From positions 64,225-128,224 of the forward strand of contig CAWFEP010000007.1 in NCBI GenBank assembly GCA_963814845.1: DNA of 64,000 nt, written 5' to 3'. The notes below the pieces were generated by a model. The model was given only the letters and a program-made list of their open reading frames with translations. It ran no database searches and had not been told where the DNA came from. The stretch is from an uncultured Actinomycetota bacterium (GTDB taxonomy: Bacteria > Actinomycetota > Actinomycetes > JAFAQI01). Of the stretch, positions 55,504 through 64,000 are shown one piece after another. Each line of letters starts with the position of its first letter. The stretch's first letter is position 1. The position numbers were made by a program, and so were the translations under genes.

Positions 55504-57441
55504 TCAGGCGGAGCTGCGCAGGCCCTGACTCGACCGCGAACTCCGAGCGCGTAGCGAGCTCGCTGAGCCAATCGGCACTGGCAGATGCATCGGGTCAGGG
55601 CCGGGGCCCCCGAGCTGTTCGCTGATCGCGGCTGCCGACATCGGTCGCGCGTAAAAGAAGCCTTGGGAAAACTCGCACTCCATCGCGATGATCGCGTCCC
55701 GCTGGCTCTGGGTCTCGACACCCTCCGCGGTTACAGCGAGCCCGAGCCCGTGAGCAAGGTTGGTGACCGCCGCGACGATGGCAGCACCCGCCGGGGCGTG
55801 CCCGATTCCCGCGATGAAGCCCTTGTCGATCTTGACGATGTCGATGGGCAACCGCAGCAGATAGCTCAGCGATGAGTAGCCGGTGCCGAAGTCGTCGAGG
55901 GCGAGGCGGATGCCCTGTCCCTTCAGATCGGTCAGCACCCCGAGGGCCCGTTCGCTGTCCTCGATGAAGATGTTCTCGGTCATCTCCAGGATCAGCGCAG
56001 CCGGATCCATGCGGGTTTCGGCAAGCACCGTCGCAACATCGGTGCAGAAGTCCGGGGCCATCAACTGACGGGCCGACACGTTCACGGCGAGGTCCAGCTC
56101 AGCATCTGGGTGCTCATCAAGCCAGCGGGCGCGATCCTTGCAACTTCGTTCGAGCACCCAGGTGCCGATCGCGCTGATGAGGCCGCTCTGCTCAGCGACC
56201 GCGACCATCGACAGCGGTGGCACCCGGCCCCGATCGGGGTGGGTCCACCGCAGCAGCGCCTCAACCCCGGTGATGTGCCCGTCGGCACAGCGCACGATGG
56301 GTTGGTACGCGACGTCGAGACCGTTGTCGTTGAACGCGTTCCGCAGATCGCGTTCCATGCTGACTCGGTCGGCCGTACGCAACGACTCGCGAAGGTCGAA
56401 TACCTCGTGTCCTGCGCCTCCCTTTCGCTTGGCCTGATACATCGCGATGTCGGCGTCGACGAGCAGCTGTTCGGTGATGTCCTGACCCGGCCCAGCGAAG
56501 GCAACGCCAACGCTTGCCGTCACGGCGAGCTCGATTCCGTTGAGCACGAACGGGTTGGTGAAGGATTCATCGATCCGTGCCGCGAGCGACTCAGCGTCCG
56601 CCGCGTCGTACAGGTCCTCGCACAAGAACACGAACTCGTCGCCAGAAAACCGCGCCAACGTGTCGCCCGGCCGGACGAGTCCGGACAGCCGGCCGGAGAC
56701 GGCCAGCAACAGATCGTCGCCGACCTGATGCCCGTGTGCGTCGTTCACATGCTTGAACCGGTCGAGGTCGACGAACAGGACCGCAGCATTGGTGTGCGAT
56801 CGCCGGGCCCGCTGGGCGGCATGCTCGACGCGCTGCTTCAACAACAGCCGGTTAGGCAAGCCGGTCAACACGTCGTGTAGCGCGGTGTGGCGGAAATAGT
56901 CCGACGTCGCGCGGGCCTCATCGCGGGCCTGCGCGTTAAGCAGATACGCCGCGGCGACATCGGCCAACGTTTGCGCAGCCGCCATGTCGTCGGCGTCGAG
57001 CTCGCCGGGCGCATCGCGGTAGAGGTCAAGGGCGCCAAGACGCCCGTCACCATGACGCAGCGGAAACGTGAAGACGGCCGCAGGCCGGCCGCCACCGCTG
57101 CCGGCGCGAACAACGGGAACCGGCCATCGGTGTTGAGGTCGGGGACGATGACCGTGTCTCCGGACTCGAACGCCACCAAACACGGGCCTTGACCGATCTC
57201 GATCTGCAGCTGCTCAAAGCGCAGGACGGACTCATCCGACGCCGCGACATACCGGGGAGCCATCCCGTCTGAAATCAAGGTGACGCCTGCCGCGGTGATC
57301 GGGCAATACGTCGACGATGCGTTCGACCAGGTGGTCCAGGATGTATTGGATGGGGAAGTTGGTGCCCAGGGTGCGAGCGAACTCGCTCAGCACCGCGGAA
57401 AGCTTGTCGTCTTGCGCCACAACCACCACATCCAAATGCAC
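55504..57441 (-). pseudogene. GAF-GGDEF-EAL protein, reading frame broken twice inside the GAF domain
   Basis: Three track ORFs (57232..57441, 56865..57278, 55504..57183) join into one sensible protein: ...DHLVERIVDVLP/ITAAGVTLISDGMAPRYVAASDE...GQGPCLVAFESGD...FAPAAVAAGL/AAVFTFPLRHGDGRLGALDLY... One join lies near 57298-57304 and the other near 57078-57084. The GGDEF A-site reads SGDEF. The EAL domain looks intact (EALLRW, DDFGTGYSSL). Confidence 0.8.
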
Positions 57442-57607
57442 TGCAGCAGGGCCGCATGCTTCTGGGCGGGGGCACGTCGGAGACGTGGACGACTCAATTT
57501 AGCACCGCGGCAGCGCGAGTTTGAGTCTCACACGCTTAAACGATCACGCATCGGGGCACATGTCACCCAACTGGCGTAGTCGCCATTCCCTAGGACTGCG
57601 AGGTCAG

Positions 57608-57808
57608 ATGATCAGGCTCATCGGGTTGCTGCTCATCATCTGGTTGGTGATCGGTGCCGCGGCTGCGGGCCAGCGTCACTACTACAGCGGGTCGGCAAGC
57701 AACTGTGCGAAGGACGGCACGACTGCCGTCACGATTGCGGCTGGACCGCTCAACTACGCCGGGGCGAACCCCAAGGTTCACTGCAAGCTTCCCGAGCCGA
57801 GCAAGTGA
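57608..57808 (+). CDS. small membrane protein (66 aa)
   Basis: MIRLIGLLLIIWLVIGAAAAGQRHYY... has one TM. Start trimmed to ATG 57608. It overlaps the next gene by 4 nt. Confidence 0.5.
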   Translation: MIRLIGLLLIIWLVIGAAAAGQRHYYSGSASNCAKDGTTAVTIAAGPLNYAGANPKVHCKLPEPSK

Positions 57809-58314
57809 GCCTCGGCGACGTCCTCGTCGACGCGTTCGAGCGGATCCGCGACGTCGTTGCCGAGGCAGTGGACGGCCTGACTCCAGTGCAGCTCATCTAC
57901 CGGATCGACCCCGACGCAAACTCGATCGCCTGGCTGGTCTGGCATCTGACTCGCATCCAGGACGACCATGTTGCAGGGGCGGCGGGGGTCGAGCAGATCT
58001 GGGCAGCGCGCAGCTGGCGCGACCGCTTCGACCTTCCCTTCGACACCCCGGCCACCGGCTACGGCCATACCAGCGCCGATGTCGGTGCGGTGAAGCCAAG
58101 CTCGCCGGAGTTGTTGATCGCCTATCACGACGCGGTGCACGACCAGACCGTCGACTACGTGAAGGGTCTTGAGGTTGCCGACCTTGATCGTGTGGTCGAC
58201 ACTCGGTGGGACCCGCCGGTGACACTGGGAGTCCGGTTGATCAGCGTGATCTCCGATGACTTGCAACACGCCGGCCAAGCCGCCTTCATCCGTGGCGTGA
58301 TCGAGCGACGTTGA
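57805..58314 (+). CDS. DinB-family (mycothiol transferase / DUF664-like) protein
   Basis: ANSIAWLVWHLTRIQDDHV...DDLQHAGQAAFIRG shows the DinB-fold His motifs. Confidence 0.8.
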   Translation: MSLGDVLVDAFERIRDVVAEAVDGLTPVQLIYRIDPDANSIAWLVWHLTRIQDDHVAGAAGVEQIWAARSWRDRFDLPFDTPATGYGHTSADVGAVKPSSPELLIAYHDAVHDQTVDYVKGLEVADLDRVVDTRWDPPVTLGVRLISVISDDLQHAGQAAFIRGVIERR

Positions 58315-58328
58315 CATCGGATTGCCGA

Positions 58329-59234
58329 TCAGGCGATATAGACCTGGCCAAACCGATCCAAGAACTCCAACGACGTCGCCCGCGACCGGGTCGCACCGGG
58401 AATGACGATCCATGTCACCCCTGCCGCCGCGAGCTGACCGAACGCCTCACGATGGCGCTCCACCTCACCGGCGCCGTGGCCGGTCCCGGCGATGGTGCGG
58501 TCGGTGTAAGCGACCGTGACGTCGAGTGCCGCACCGCGCTCGCCGGCCGCAGTACGCAGCGCCGCGATCAACGGGCCGAGGTCTGCACCATCGGCCAGGG
58601 CGGGGGTGCGGGTGGTCGCAAACAGGTCGGGCGGGCCGGTCATCGGCATCCAGCCCTGAGCGCGCTCCGCCACCCGACGTCGCGTCAGCCGTGAGTTGCC
58701 ACCAATCCAGATCGGGATCGAGCCCTGCGGTGGTCGAGGTCTCGCGATCACGTCGCGCGCCTGAAAGTGGCGGCCTTGATAGCTGAACGGCTCACCGGCC
58801 CAGTGCAGCGCAAGCACGTCGAGCGCCTCGTCGAACAACTCGTTGCGCTCGTCGAAGTCAACACCTAGGGAGCGGAACTCGCCCCTGAGATAGCCGGTTC
58901 CGACTCCCAGGATGAATCGACCACCGGAGAGGATGTCGACGGTTGCCGCGGCCTTGGCCAAGAGCATCGGGTTGCGGTATGGCACGACGGTCAGGTACGT
59001 CAGCAGCTTGAGCCGCGTGGTGAGTGCGGCAACGTGGCCAAGAGCGACGAACGGGTCAAGCGTGGAGTGCCCGCCGGTGGCCAGCCACTTCGCCGACGGT
59101 GCCGGGTGCTCGGTGAATGCGAAGCCACCAAAACCCGCCTTCTCGGCCGCCGCCGCGAGCTCGCCGACCGGGCCCGCGTCGAGCATGTCGAACTCGGTCC
59201 CAGCGACCTCCGGGTACTGGAACATGAACTGCAC
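58329..59234 (-). CDS. LLM-class (luciferase-like) F420-dependent oxidoreductase
   Basis: GFGGFAFTEHP, LLTYLTVVPYRNPMLLAKAAATVDILSGGRFILGVGTGY and IPIWIGGNS are present. Start set at GTG 59234; the track ORF extends to 59498. Confidence 0.8.
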   Translation of the reverse strand: MQFMFQYPEVAGTEFDMLDAGPVGELAAAAEKAGFGGFAFTEHPAPSAKWLATGGHSTLDPFVALGHVAALTTRLKLLTYLTVVPYRNPMLLAKAAATVDILSGGRFILGVGTGYLRGEFRSLGVDFDERNELFDEALDVLALHWAGEPFSYQGRHFQARDVIARPRPPQGSIPIWIGGNSRLTRRRVAERAQGWMPMTGPPDLFATTRTPALADGADLGPLIAALRTAAGERGAALDVTVAYTDRTIAGTGHGAGEVERHREAFGQLAAAGVTWIVIPGATRSRATSLEFLDRFGQVYIA

Positions 59235-59341
59235 CGCGACTCCTCGGTCGAATGCTTGACGGGTCGGCAACCTTAACCGCCGGGGCCGATACACGCGATC
59301 GCGGTCGATCCCAAAACGTCCGACCCTGCCGGCGACCCAGC

Positions 59342-59379
59342 TATATGCCTTGACACGTATATGCCGGCCAGAGCATATT
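59342..59379 (+). promoter_or_regulatory. promoter and operator of the arsR-SRPBCC pair; probably a leaderless transcript
   Basis: TTGACA (59350-59355), an 18-nt spacer, then CATATT (59374-59379). ATG 59386 lies 7 nt downstream with no RBS. TATATGCC is repeated at 59342-59349 and 59358-59365. The inverted pair ATATGC (59359-59364) / GCATAT (59373-59378) spans the spacer and -10. Confidence 0.5.
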
Positions 59380-59385
59380 GGGTCG

Positions 59386-59736
59386 ATGACGGGCACGATG
59401 TGGGTGGCACTGAGCGATCCCACCCGCCGGGCGGTCCTCGATCTGCTGCGACAAGAACCGCGGTCTGTCGGCGAGCTCGTCGACGCGCTCCAAGTCAATC
59501 AGCCAGCCGCCTCCAAACACCTGCGGGTGTTGCGAAGCGCCGGCCTGGTGCGGGTCCAGCGCGACGCGCAGCGGCGCATCTACTCCCTTGATCCGACGCC
59601 GTTCAGCGAGCTCGAGAGCTGGCTGGCGCCGTACCGAGCGCTGTGGAACGACAGCCTCGATGACCTCGGGCGTCACCTCGACGCGACCGCCAACCTCGCA
59701 ACGAACACTCTCGCAGCAAGCAAAGAGGAGCCGTGA
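59386..59736 (+). CDS. ArsR/SmtB family transcriptional regulator
   Basis: LSDPTRRAVLDLLRQEPRSVGELVDALQVNQPAASKHLRVLRSAGLV is the canonical ArsR wHTH. Confidence 0.85.
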   Translation: MTGTMWVALSDPTRRAVLDLLRQEPRSVGELVDALQVNQPAASKHLRVLRSAGLVRVQRDAQRRIYSLDPTPFSELESWLAPYRALWNDSLDDLGRHLDATANLATNTLAASKEEP

Positions 59737-60266
59737 TGGAGCTGACTGCGCAAGGTCGGGGCCGGTACGTCGAGCACGACGGGCGTCCCGCAGTGCGGTT
59801 CGAGCGCACCTACCCGCACTCGATCGACCGGGTGTGGGCGGCGATCAGTGAGCCGGAACAGCTGGCGAAGTGGTTCCCGTCCTCGGTCGCGATAGATCCA
59901 CGAGTTGGCGGCGAGGTCGTCTTCTCCGGCGACCCCAACGTCGACAGCTCGGTCGGGGAAGTCCTGCGATTCGATCCGCCTCACCACCTGGCGTTCACGT
60001 GGGGGGCGGACGAGCTCTTCATCGACCTTGTGGCAGTCGATGACGGCAGTTGCCTGCTCGTGCTGATTAATGTCCTCGCCGAGCGGGACGCGGCCGCGCG
60101 AAACGCAGCCGGATGGACGGTCTGCCTTGGTGAACTCGACAACCTGATTCGTGGCGAGTCAACAGCCGGCCCGCACAGTGCCGAGAACGTGAGTCGCTTC
60201 ACCCCGCTCTATGACGCGTACGTGGCGGCCGGACTGCCAGCCGGCGCGGCGATCCCGGCTAGCTGA
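59733..60266 (+). CDS. SRPBCC / AHSA1-domain protein
   Basis: VRFERTYPHSIDRVWAAISEPEQLAKWF... It is the typical partner of ArsR regulators. The start overlaps the arsR stop. Confidence 0.8.
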   Translation: MMELTAQGRGRYVEHDGRPAVRFERTYPHSIDRVWAAISEPEQLAKWFPSSVAIDPRVGGEVVFSGDPNVDSSVGEVLRFDPPHHLAFTWGADELFIDLVAVDDGSCLLVLINVLAERDAAARNAAGWTVCLGELDNLIRGESTAGPHSAENVSRFTPLYDAYVAAGLPAGAAIPAS

Positions 60267-60284
60267 CGCCTCGATGTCGACGGG

Positions 60285-61484
60285 CTACGACAGCGCCGCG
60301 TAGGCGGCATCCCAGAAGTCGACGAAAGCCGGCGGCGGCTCGGGTGAGGTCAATGCCCGCTGGGTGAGCATGATTCCGGTCAAGCCCGACAACCGATCCG
60401 TCGACCACACCGTGCCGGTGCCGCCGTTCCAGCCGAACCCGCGTGGCAGGCCAGCGTGGACTCGTCCCGGCAGCGGCGTCGCCATACCGAGTCCCCAGCC
60501 GAAGTCGTCGCCGAAGAACAGCCGCGCGCCGCTGCGCTGTTCGGCGGTGAGCCGGTTCGTGGTCATGGCGTCGACAGCCGCTGCGGACAGCACTCGCTTG
60601 CCGTTGTGCTCCCCTCGGTTGACGATCAGCCGGGCAAATGCCCAGAAGTCGTCGAGGGTCGACAGCAGCCAGCCGGCAGCGGTGGGCATGGCCGGCGGCT
60701 GGCTCCAAAAGCCATCCACACCGTCGAGCACCACCAGCTCCCCCGAGTGATCCGGGGTGTAGGCCGTTGTCATCCGATCACGCTGCCCCGCGGTGAGGTG
60801 AAATCCGGTGTCAGTCATCCCTAGTGGCTCGAACAACCGCTCGCGCAACACCTCCGCAAGCGGCTTGCCACCGCCGCGTTCGAGCAGCACACCGGCCACT
60901 TGGATCCCAGTGTTGTAGAGCCAGCCCTCGCCAGGTTGATGAATGAGCGGCAGCTCCCCGAGCACCGCGATCCATTCATCAGGCGAGTACGGCGAAGGCG
61001 GCCACGGCGGCCCGAACGTCATGAGCCGCCGCTCGGCTTCTGCGATCTGGATCGGGTACGTGCCAGGCATCGCCATCACGGCGCCGAGACCGAGCCGCGA
61101 GGTGAGCAGGTCCTCGATGGTGATCGCGCGATTGGCCGGCACCGTGTCGTCGAGTGGTGATTCGAGGGAGCGAAGGACGCGGCGGTTTGCCATCTCGGGC
61201 AAGAGGTCGTCGATCGCGTCATCGAGGGCGAACGTGCCGTCATCGACGAACGTCATCGCTGCCGCTGCAGTGATCGGCTTGCTCAGTGAGGCGATCCGGA
61301 AGATCGCGTCCCGCGGCATCGGTTCGGCGTCGCCGAAGGTCCTCGCGCCGATCACCTCGACGTGGACGTCATCGCCTCGGGCGACGAGGTAGGCAAGACC
61401 AGGCATCGCGCCGCGCTCCACATGTCCGGCCATGACCTCGTGCAGGCGAGCCAATCCGGCGTCCGAGAACCCCTCGCTTGTCAT
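60285..61484 (-). CDS. serine hydrolase (beta-lactamase / class C esterase family)
   Basis: FRIASLSKPITAAAAM carries the SxxK motif. Length is about 399 aa. Confidence 0.85.
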   Translation of the reverse strand: MTSEGFSDAGLARLHEVMAGHVERGAMPGLAYLVARGDDVHVEVIGARTFGDAEPMPRDAIFRIASLSKPITAAAAMTFVDDGTFALDDAIDDLLPEMANRRVLRSLESPLDDTVPANRAITIEDLLTSRLGLGAVMAMPGTYPIQIAEAERRLMTFGPPWPPSPYSPDEWIAVLGELPLIHQPGEGWLYNTGIQVAGVLLERGGGKPLAEVLRERLFEPLGMTDTGFHLTAGQRDRMTTAYTPDHSGELVVLDGVDGFWSQPPAMPTAAGWLLSTLDDFWAFARLIVNRGEHNGKRVLSAAAVDAMTTNRLTAEQRSGARLFFGDDFGWGLGMATPLPGRVHAGLPRGFGWNGGTGTVWSTDRLSGLTGIMLTQRALTSPEPPPAFVDFWDAAYAALS

Positions 61485-61522
61485 GCCAATCGACCGTAGT
61501 CCAACCCTGCGACGGTCGTGGT

Positions 61523-62311
61523 CTAGCGGATTCCAGCCCGGCCGGTCAGGCGGACCGAAATCGAGACCGGGATGACCGTCAGGATCAGCACCGCCATGAC
61601 CACGACGTTCACCTCAGGCAGCTGCTGACCGAGCCGGATCGCACCAAAGATCCACAGCGGCAAGGTGTTCTGCGCACCGGCCGTGAACGTGGTGACGATG
61701 ACTTCATCGAAGGACAATGCGAACGCGAGCAGTGCGCCAGACACCAGCGCGGTCGAGATCGATGGCAGCGTGACAAACCGGAACGTCTGCCATGGCCCAG
61801 CACCGAGATCCATCGAGGCCTCGACCAGAGACCCGGACACGCGCCGCAATCTCGCGATCACGTTGTTGTAGACCACCACGATGCAGAAGGTCGCGTGACC
61901 GATGACGATGGTGAGCAGCGAAAGGTCGATTCCAGCGAACGTAAAGGTGGAGTTCAAGGCGATTCCGGTGATGATGCCCGGCAACGCCAACGGCAGCACC
62001 AGCAACAGCGAGACGGCTTCCTTGCCGAAGAACCGGAATCGGTGCACCCCGAACGCCGCCGCCGAGCCAAGCACGACGGCGATCGTGGTCGCGTACAACC
62101 CAGCTTTGACAGACAGCCACAGCGCAGATCGGACCTGCTGATCGTGCCACGCGACGGTGAACCACTTCGTGCTCAATCCGGCGATCGGCCAGCTCTGCAC
62201 GTTGGACTTGTTGAACGCAAACAGCACGAGCGTCGCGATCGGAATGAACAGGAAGAGCAGCACCGCGACGACCCATACCCGCAGCAGCACGGCACCAGCT
62301 CGCCCGCTCAT
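61523..62311 (-). CDS. ABC importer permease (PotC-like)
   Basis: Six TM segments with an EAA-loop region (EASMDLGAGPWQTFRFVTLP). Confidence 0.85.
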   Translation of the reverse strand: MSGRAGAVLLRVWVVAVLLFLFIPIATLVLFAFNKSNVQSWPIAGLSTKWFTVAWHDQQVRSALWLSVKAGLYATTIAVVLGSAAAFGVHRFRFFGKEAVSLLLVLPLALPGIITGIALNSTFTFAGIDLSLLTIVIGHATFCIVVVYNNVIARLRRVSGSLVEASMDLGAGPWQTFRFVTLPSISTALVSGALLAFALSFDEVIVTTFTAGAQNTLPLWIFGAIRLGQQLPEVNVVVMAVLILTVIPVSISVRLTGRAGIR

Positions 62312-63222
62312 CAGATCTGCCTAAACGCGCCGAGGAACCGCGCGCCGATCAGGTAGACGATCATGATCGCGATCGGCACCATGGCGAGCGTTGCGGCGAA
62401 GGGCAGGTTGCCGGCGACGCCGATGTTCGAGTAGATGACGTTGCCGATGAAGTTGGAGTTGGCGCCACCGATCAGGATCGGGGTGATGAAGTCACCGAGG
62501 GTCAGCGCGAAGGTGAAGATCGAGCCGGCGACAATGCCCGGCAGGGCGAGCGGCAACAGCACCCGCCAGGTAGTGCGAAGGCTGCGCGCGCCGAGGTCGG
62601 CGGAAGCTTCGAGCAGGCTGTTGGGGATCCGTTCGAGTGCACCGAAGACGGGGATGATCATGTACGGCAGCCAGATATAGCTGAAGACGATCCACATCGC
62701 GGTGTTGCTGTATGCCAGGTTCGGAGCGCCGAGCCCAAGCTTGGTCAGCGTCCAGTTGAGCACCCCACCGTGCTGGAGGATCACGATCCAGGCATAGACC
62801 CGAGCGAGATAGCTCGCCCACAGCGGCAACAACACCGCTGCGAACAAGATGTTGCGACCACGAGGCGAGGCCACTCGCGCCATGTAGTAGGCGAACGGAA
62901 ACGCGATGATCGCGTCGGTGACCGTCACGAGTGCGGCCATGCCGACGGTCCGTTCGATGATGCGGAGATAGGTCTCGGTGAACAGCTGCCGGAAGTTGTC
63001 GAGGTTCCAGCTGTGGACCAACGCGTTCGTGAACGGGTTGACCCCCCAGAACGCCGTGATCAGCATCACCACCAGCGAGGCGAGGTAGATCACGAGGAAC
63101 CACACCAACGGTGGTGACAACGTCAGCGTGGCGCGCAGCCAGGCACGGCGCCACAACGCTGCAGCGAGTCGATGCCGGCCCTTCGACGGTGGGGCCGAAG
63201 GGCCGGCGACGAGTGTTGTCAA
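62311..63222 (-). CDS. ABC importer permease (PotB-like)
   Basis: EAA loop EASADLGARSLRTTWRVLLP is present. The gene is adjacent to and coupled with the downstream permease. Confidence 0.85.
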   Translation of the reverse strand: MTTLVAGPSAPPSKGRHRLAAALWRRAWLRATLTLSPPLVWFLVIYLASLVVMLITAFWGVNPFTNALVHSWNLDNFRQLFTETYLRIIERTVGMAALVTVTDAIIAFPFAYYMARVASPRGRNILFAAVLLPLWASYLARVYAWIVILQHGGVLNWTLTKLGLGAPNLAYSNTAMWIVFSYIWLPYMIIPVFGALERIPNSLLEASADLGARSLRTTWRVLLPLALPGIVAGSIFTFALTLGDFITPILIGGANSNFIGNVIYSNIGVAGNLPFAATLAMVPIAIMIVYLIGARFLGAFRQI

Positions 63223-63229
63223 CCGATGC

Positions 63230-64000
63230 TCAGCCGGTGATCTGGGTCCAGGCCGACTCCCACTTCAAGTACGGCACACAGTCGTTCTTGCCGTTGCCGC
63301 ACTGGGCGAGTGGGGTCTTCCAGAACTTGATCGTGTTGAAGTAGGCCTCGGGTGCGTTCTCGTGATAGCCCGCACATGAACCCTTTGACTCGGCATTCAT
63401 GTCCGCGCACGACAGCTTGTTAGCCGGCGTCTCGCCGAAGAACACTGCCTGCTCAGCCTGCACCTTTGGCGTGGTCACCCACTGCATCCACTTGTAAGCG
63501 CAGTTCGGGTCCGGTGCATTCGTGGCAAGCATCCAGGTGTCGGCCCAGCCGGTTGCGCCTTCACTCGGGATGGTGTCGGCAACCGGCGCATGCGCCGCCT
63601 TCAACGTGTTGGTCTGGTACGGCCACGCCGCACCGACCACCGTCGTGTTGCTCTGGAACAGGCTGATCTCCTGGGAGGCCAGACCCCAGTACTTCTTGAT
63701 CAGCGGCTGCTGCTGCTTGAGCAGGGCAACGGTCGCGTTGAACTGTGGCTGAGTCAGCTCGTACGGGTCGGTGATTCCCAGGCTGGGGTTGGTCTTCGAC
63801 AGGTAGAGCGCGGCGTCGGCGATCTGGATCGGGTTGTCCGGGACCGTGATCTTGCCGGAGTACTTCTTGTTGTACAGCACCGACCACGACGTCGGCGGCG
63901 TCGGGAAGTCCTTGGTGTTGTAGAGCAGGACGTTCGGGCCGAACTCATACGACGTGCCGTAGTGCTTGCCGTCGATCGTGTTGAACGGCGGGTTCTGCAG
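63230..64000 (-). CDS. extracellular solute-binding protein of the ABC importer (PotD/PotF-like), N-terminus outside the window
   Basis: The frame stays open from 63880 up to the window edge (own translation ...NPPFNTIDGKHYGTSYEFGPNVLLYNTKDFPTPPTSWSVLYNKKYSGKITVPDNP...). GWADTWML is a typical SBP block. Confidence 0.8.
   Translation of the reverse strand: MQNPPFNTIDGKHYGTSYEFGPNVLLYNTKDFPTPPTSWSVLYNKKYSGKITVPDNPIQIADAALYLSKTNPSLGITDPYELTQPQFNATVALLKQQQPLIKKYWGLASQEISLFQSNTTVVGAAWPYQTNTLKAAHAPVADTIPSEGATGWADTWMLATNAPDPNCAYKWMQWVTTPKVQAEQAVFFGETPANKLSCADMNAESKGSCAGYHENAPEAYFNTIKFWKTPLAQCGNGKNDCVPYLKWESAWTQITG

Overview
High-GC chromosomal segment that looks actinobacterial: it carries mycothiol/DinB-type and F420/LLM-type enzymes, LAL and MocR regulators, and one leaderless-style promoter. 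I call about 70 protein-coding genes. I saw no rRNA, tRNA, CRISPR array, transposase or integrase. Calls rest on my own reading of the ORF-track translations, my own translation of regions the track misses, and remembered family motifs; no database search was run. The track translates GTG and TTG starts as M (seen at 40952 and 16176), so I trimmed several starts to RBS-supported codons.

Main modules:
- Left end: partial gnd, an FtsH paralogue and housekeeping or redox enzymes.
- 14.2-17.3 kb: a NarL-type two-component system next to membrane proteins.
- 17.4-21.3 kb: scoAB CoA-transferase, a DrrAB-like ABC exporter and its TetR regulator.
- 24.4-29.6 kb: a LAL regulator flanked by two secreted repeat (beta-propeller-like) proteins.
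- 34.7-39.1 kb: a has-like exopolysaccharide locus on a lower-GC patch. It has a nucleotide-sugar 6-dehydrogenase, a HasA/NodC-type processive GT2, two tiny membrane ORFs and a secreted serine-hydrolase-like protein. A sensor diguanylate cyclase follows.
- 40.9-43.3 kb: a YtrA-type GntR plus ABC operon.
- 46.2-55.1 kb: a form-I aerobic CO dehydrogenase cluster (coxMSLG). It is followed by a tightly coupled array of five small single-TM putative paralogues plus a DUF1059-like protein. A GIY-YIG-like two-gene cassette and convergent MoxR/VWA (CoxD/E-like) genes come next.
- Right end: ArsR-SRPBCC pair, LLM oxidoreductase, serine hydrolase and a polyamine-type ABC importer that runs off the window.

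Five single-base reading-frame breaks interrupt four otherwise recognisable genes, including coxL. Four of the five sit in 2-3 nt mononucleotide runs, so assembly error and real pseudogenisation cannot be separated from the sequence alone.

Most interesting candidates: the has-like locus, the small-TM array behind coxG, the GIY-YIG cassette, the LAL-flanked secreted propellers, and a four-copy intergenic motif (TACATCGCA...TCC) at 9.3-16.2 kb.
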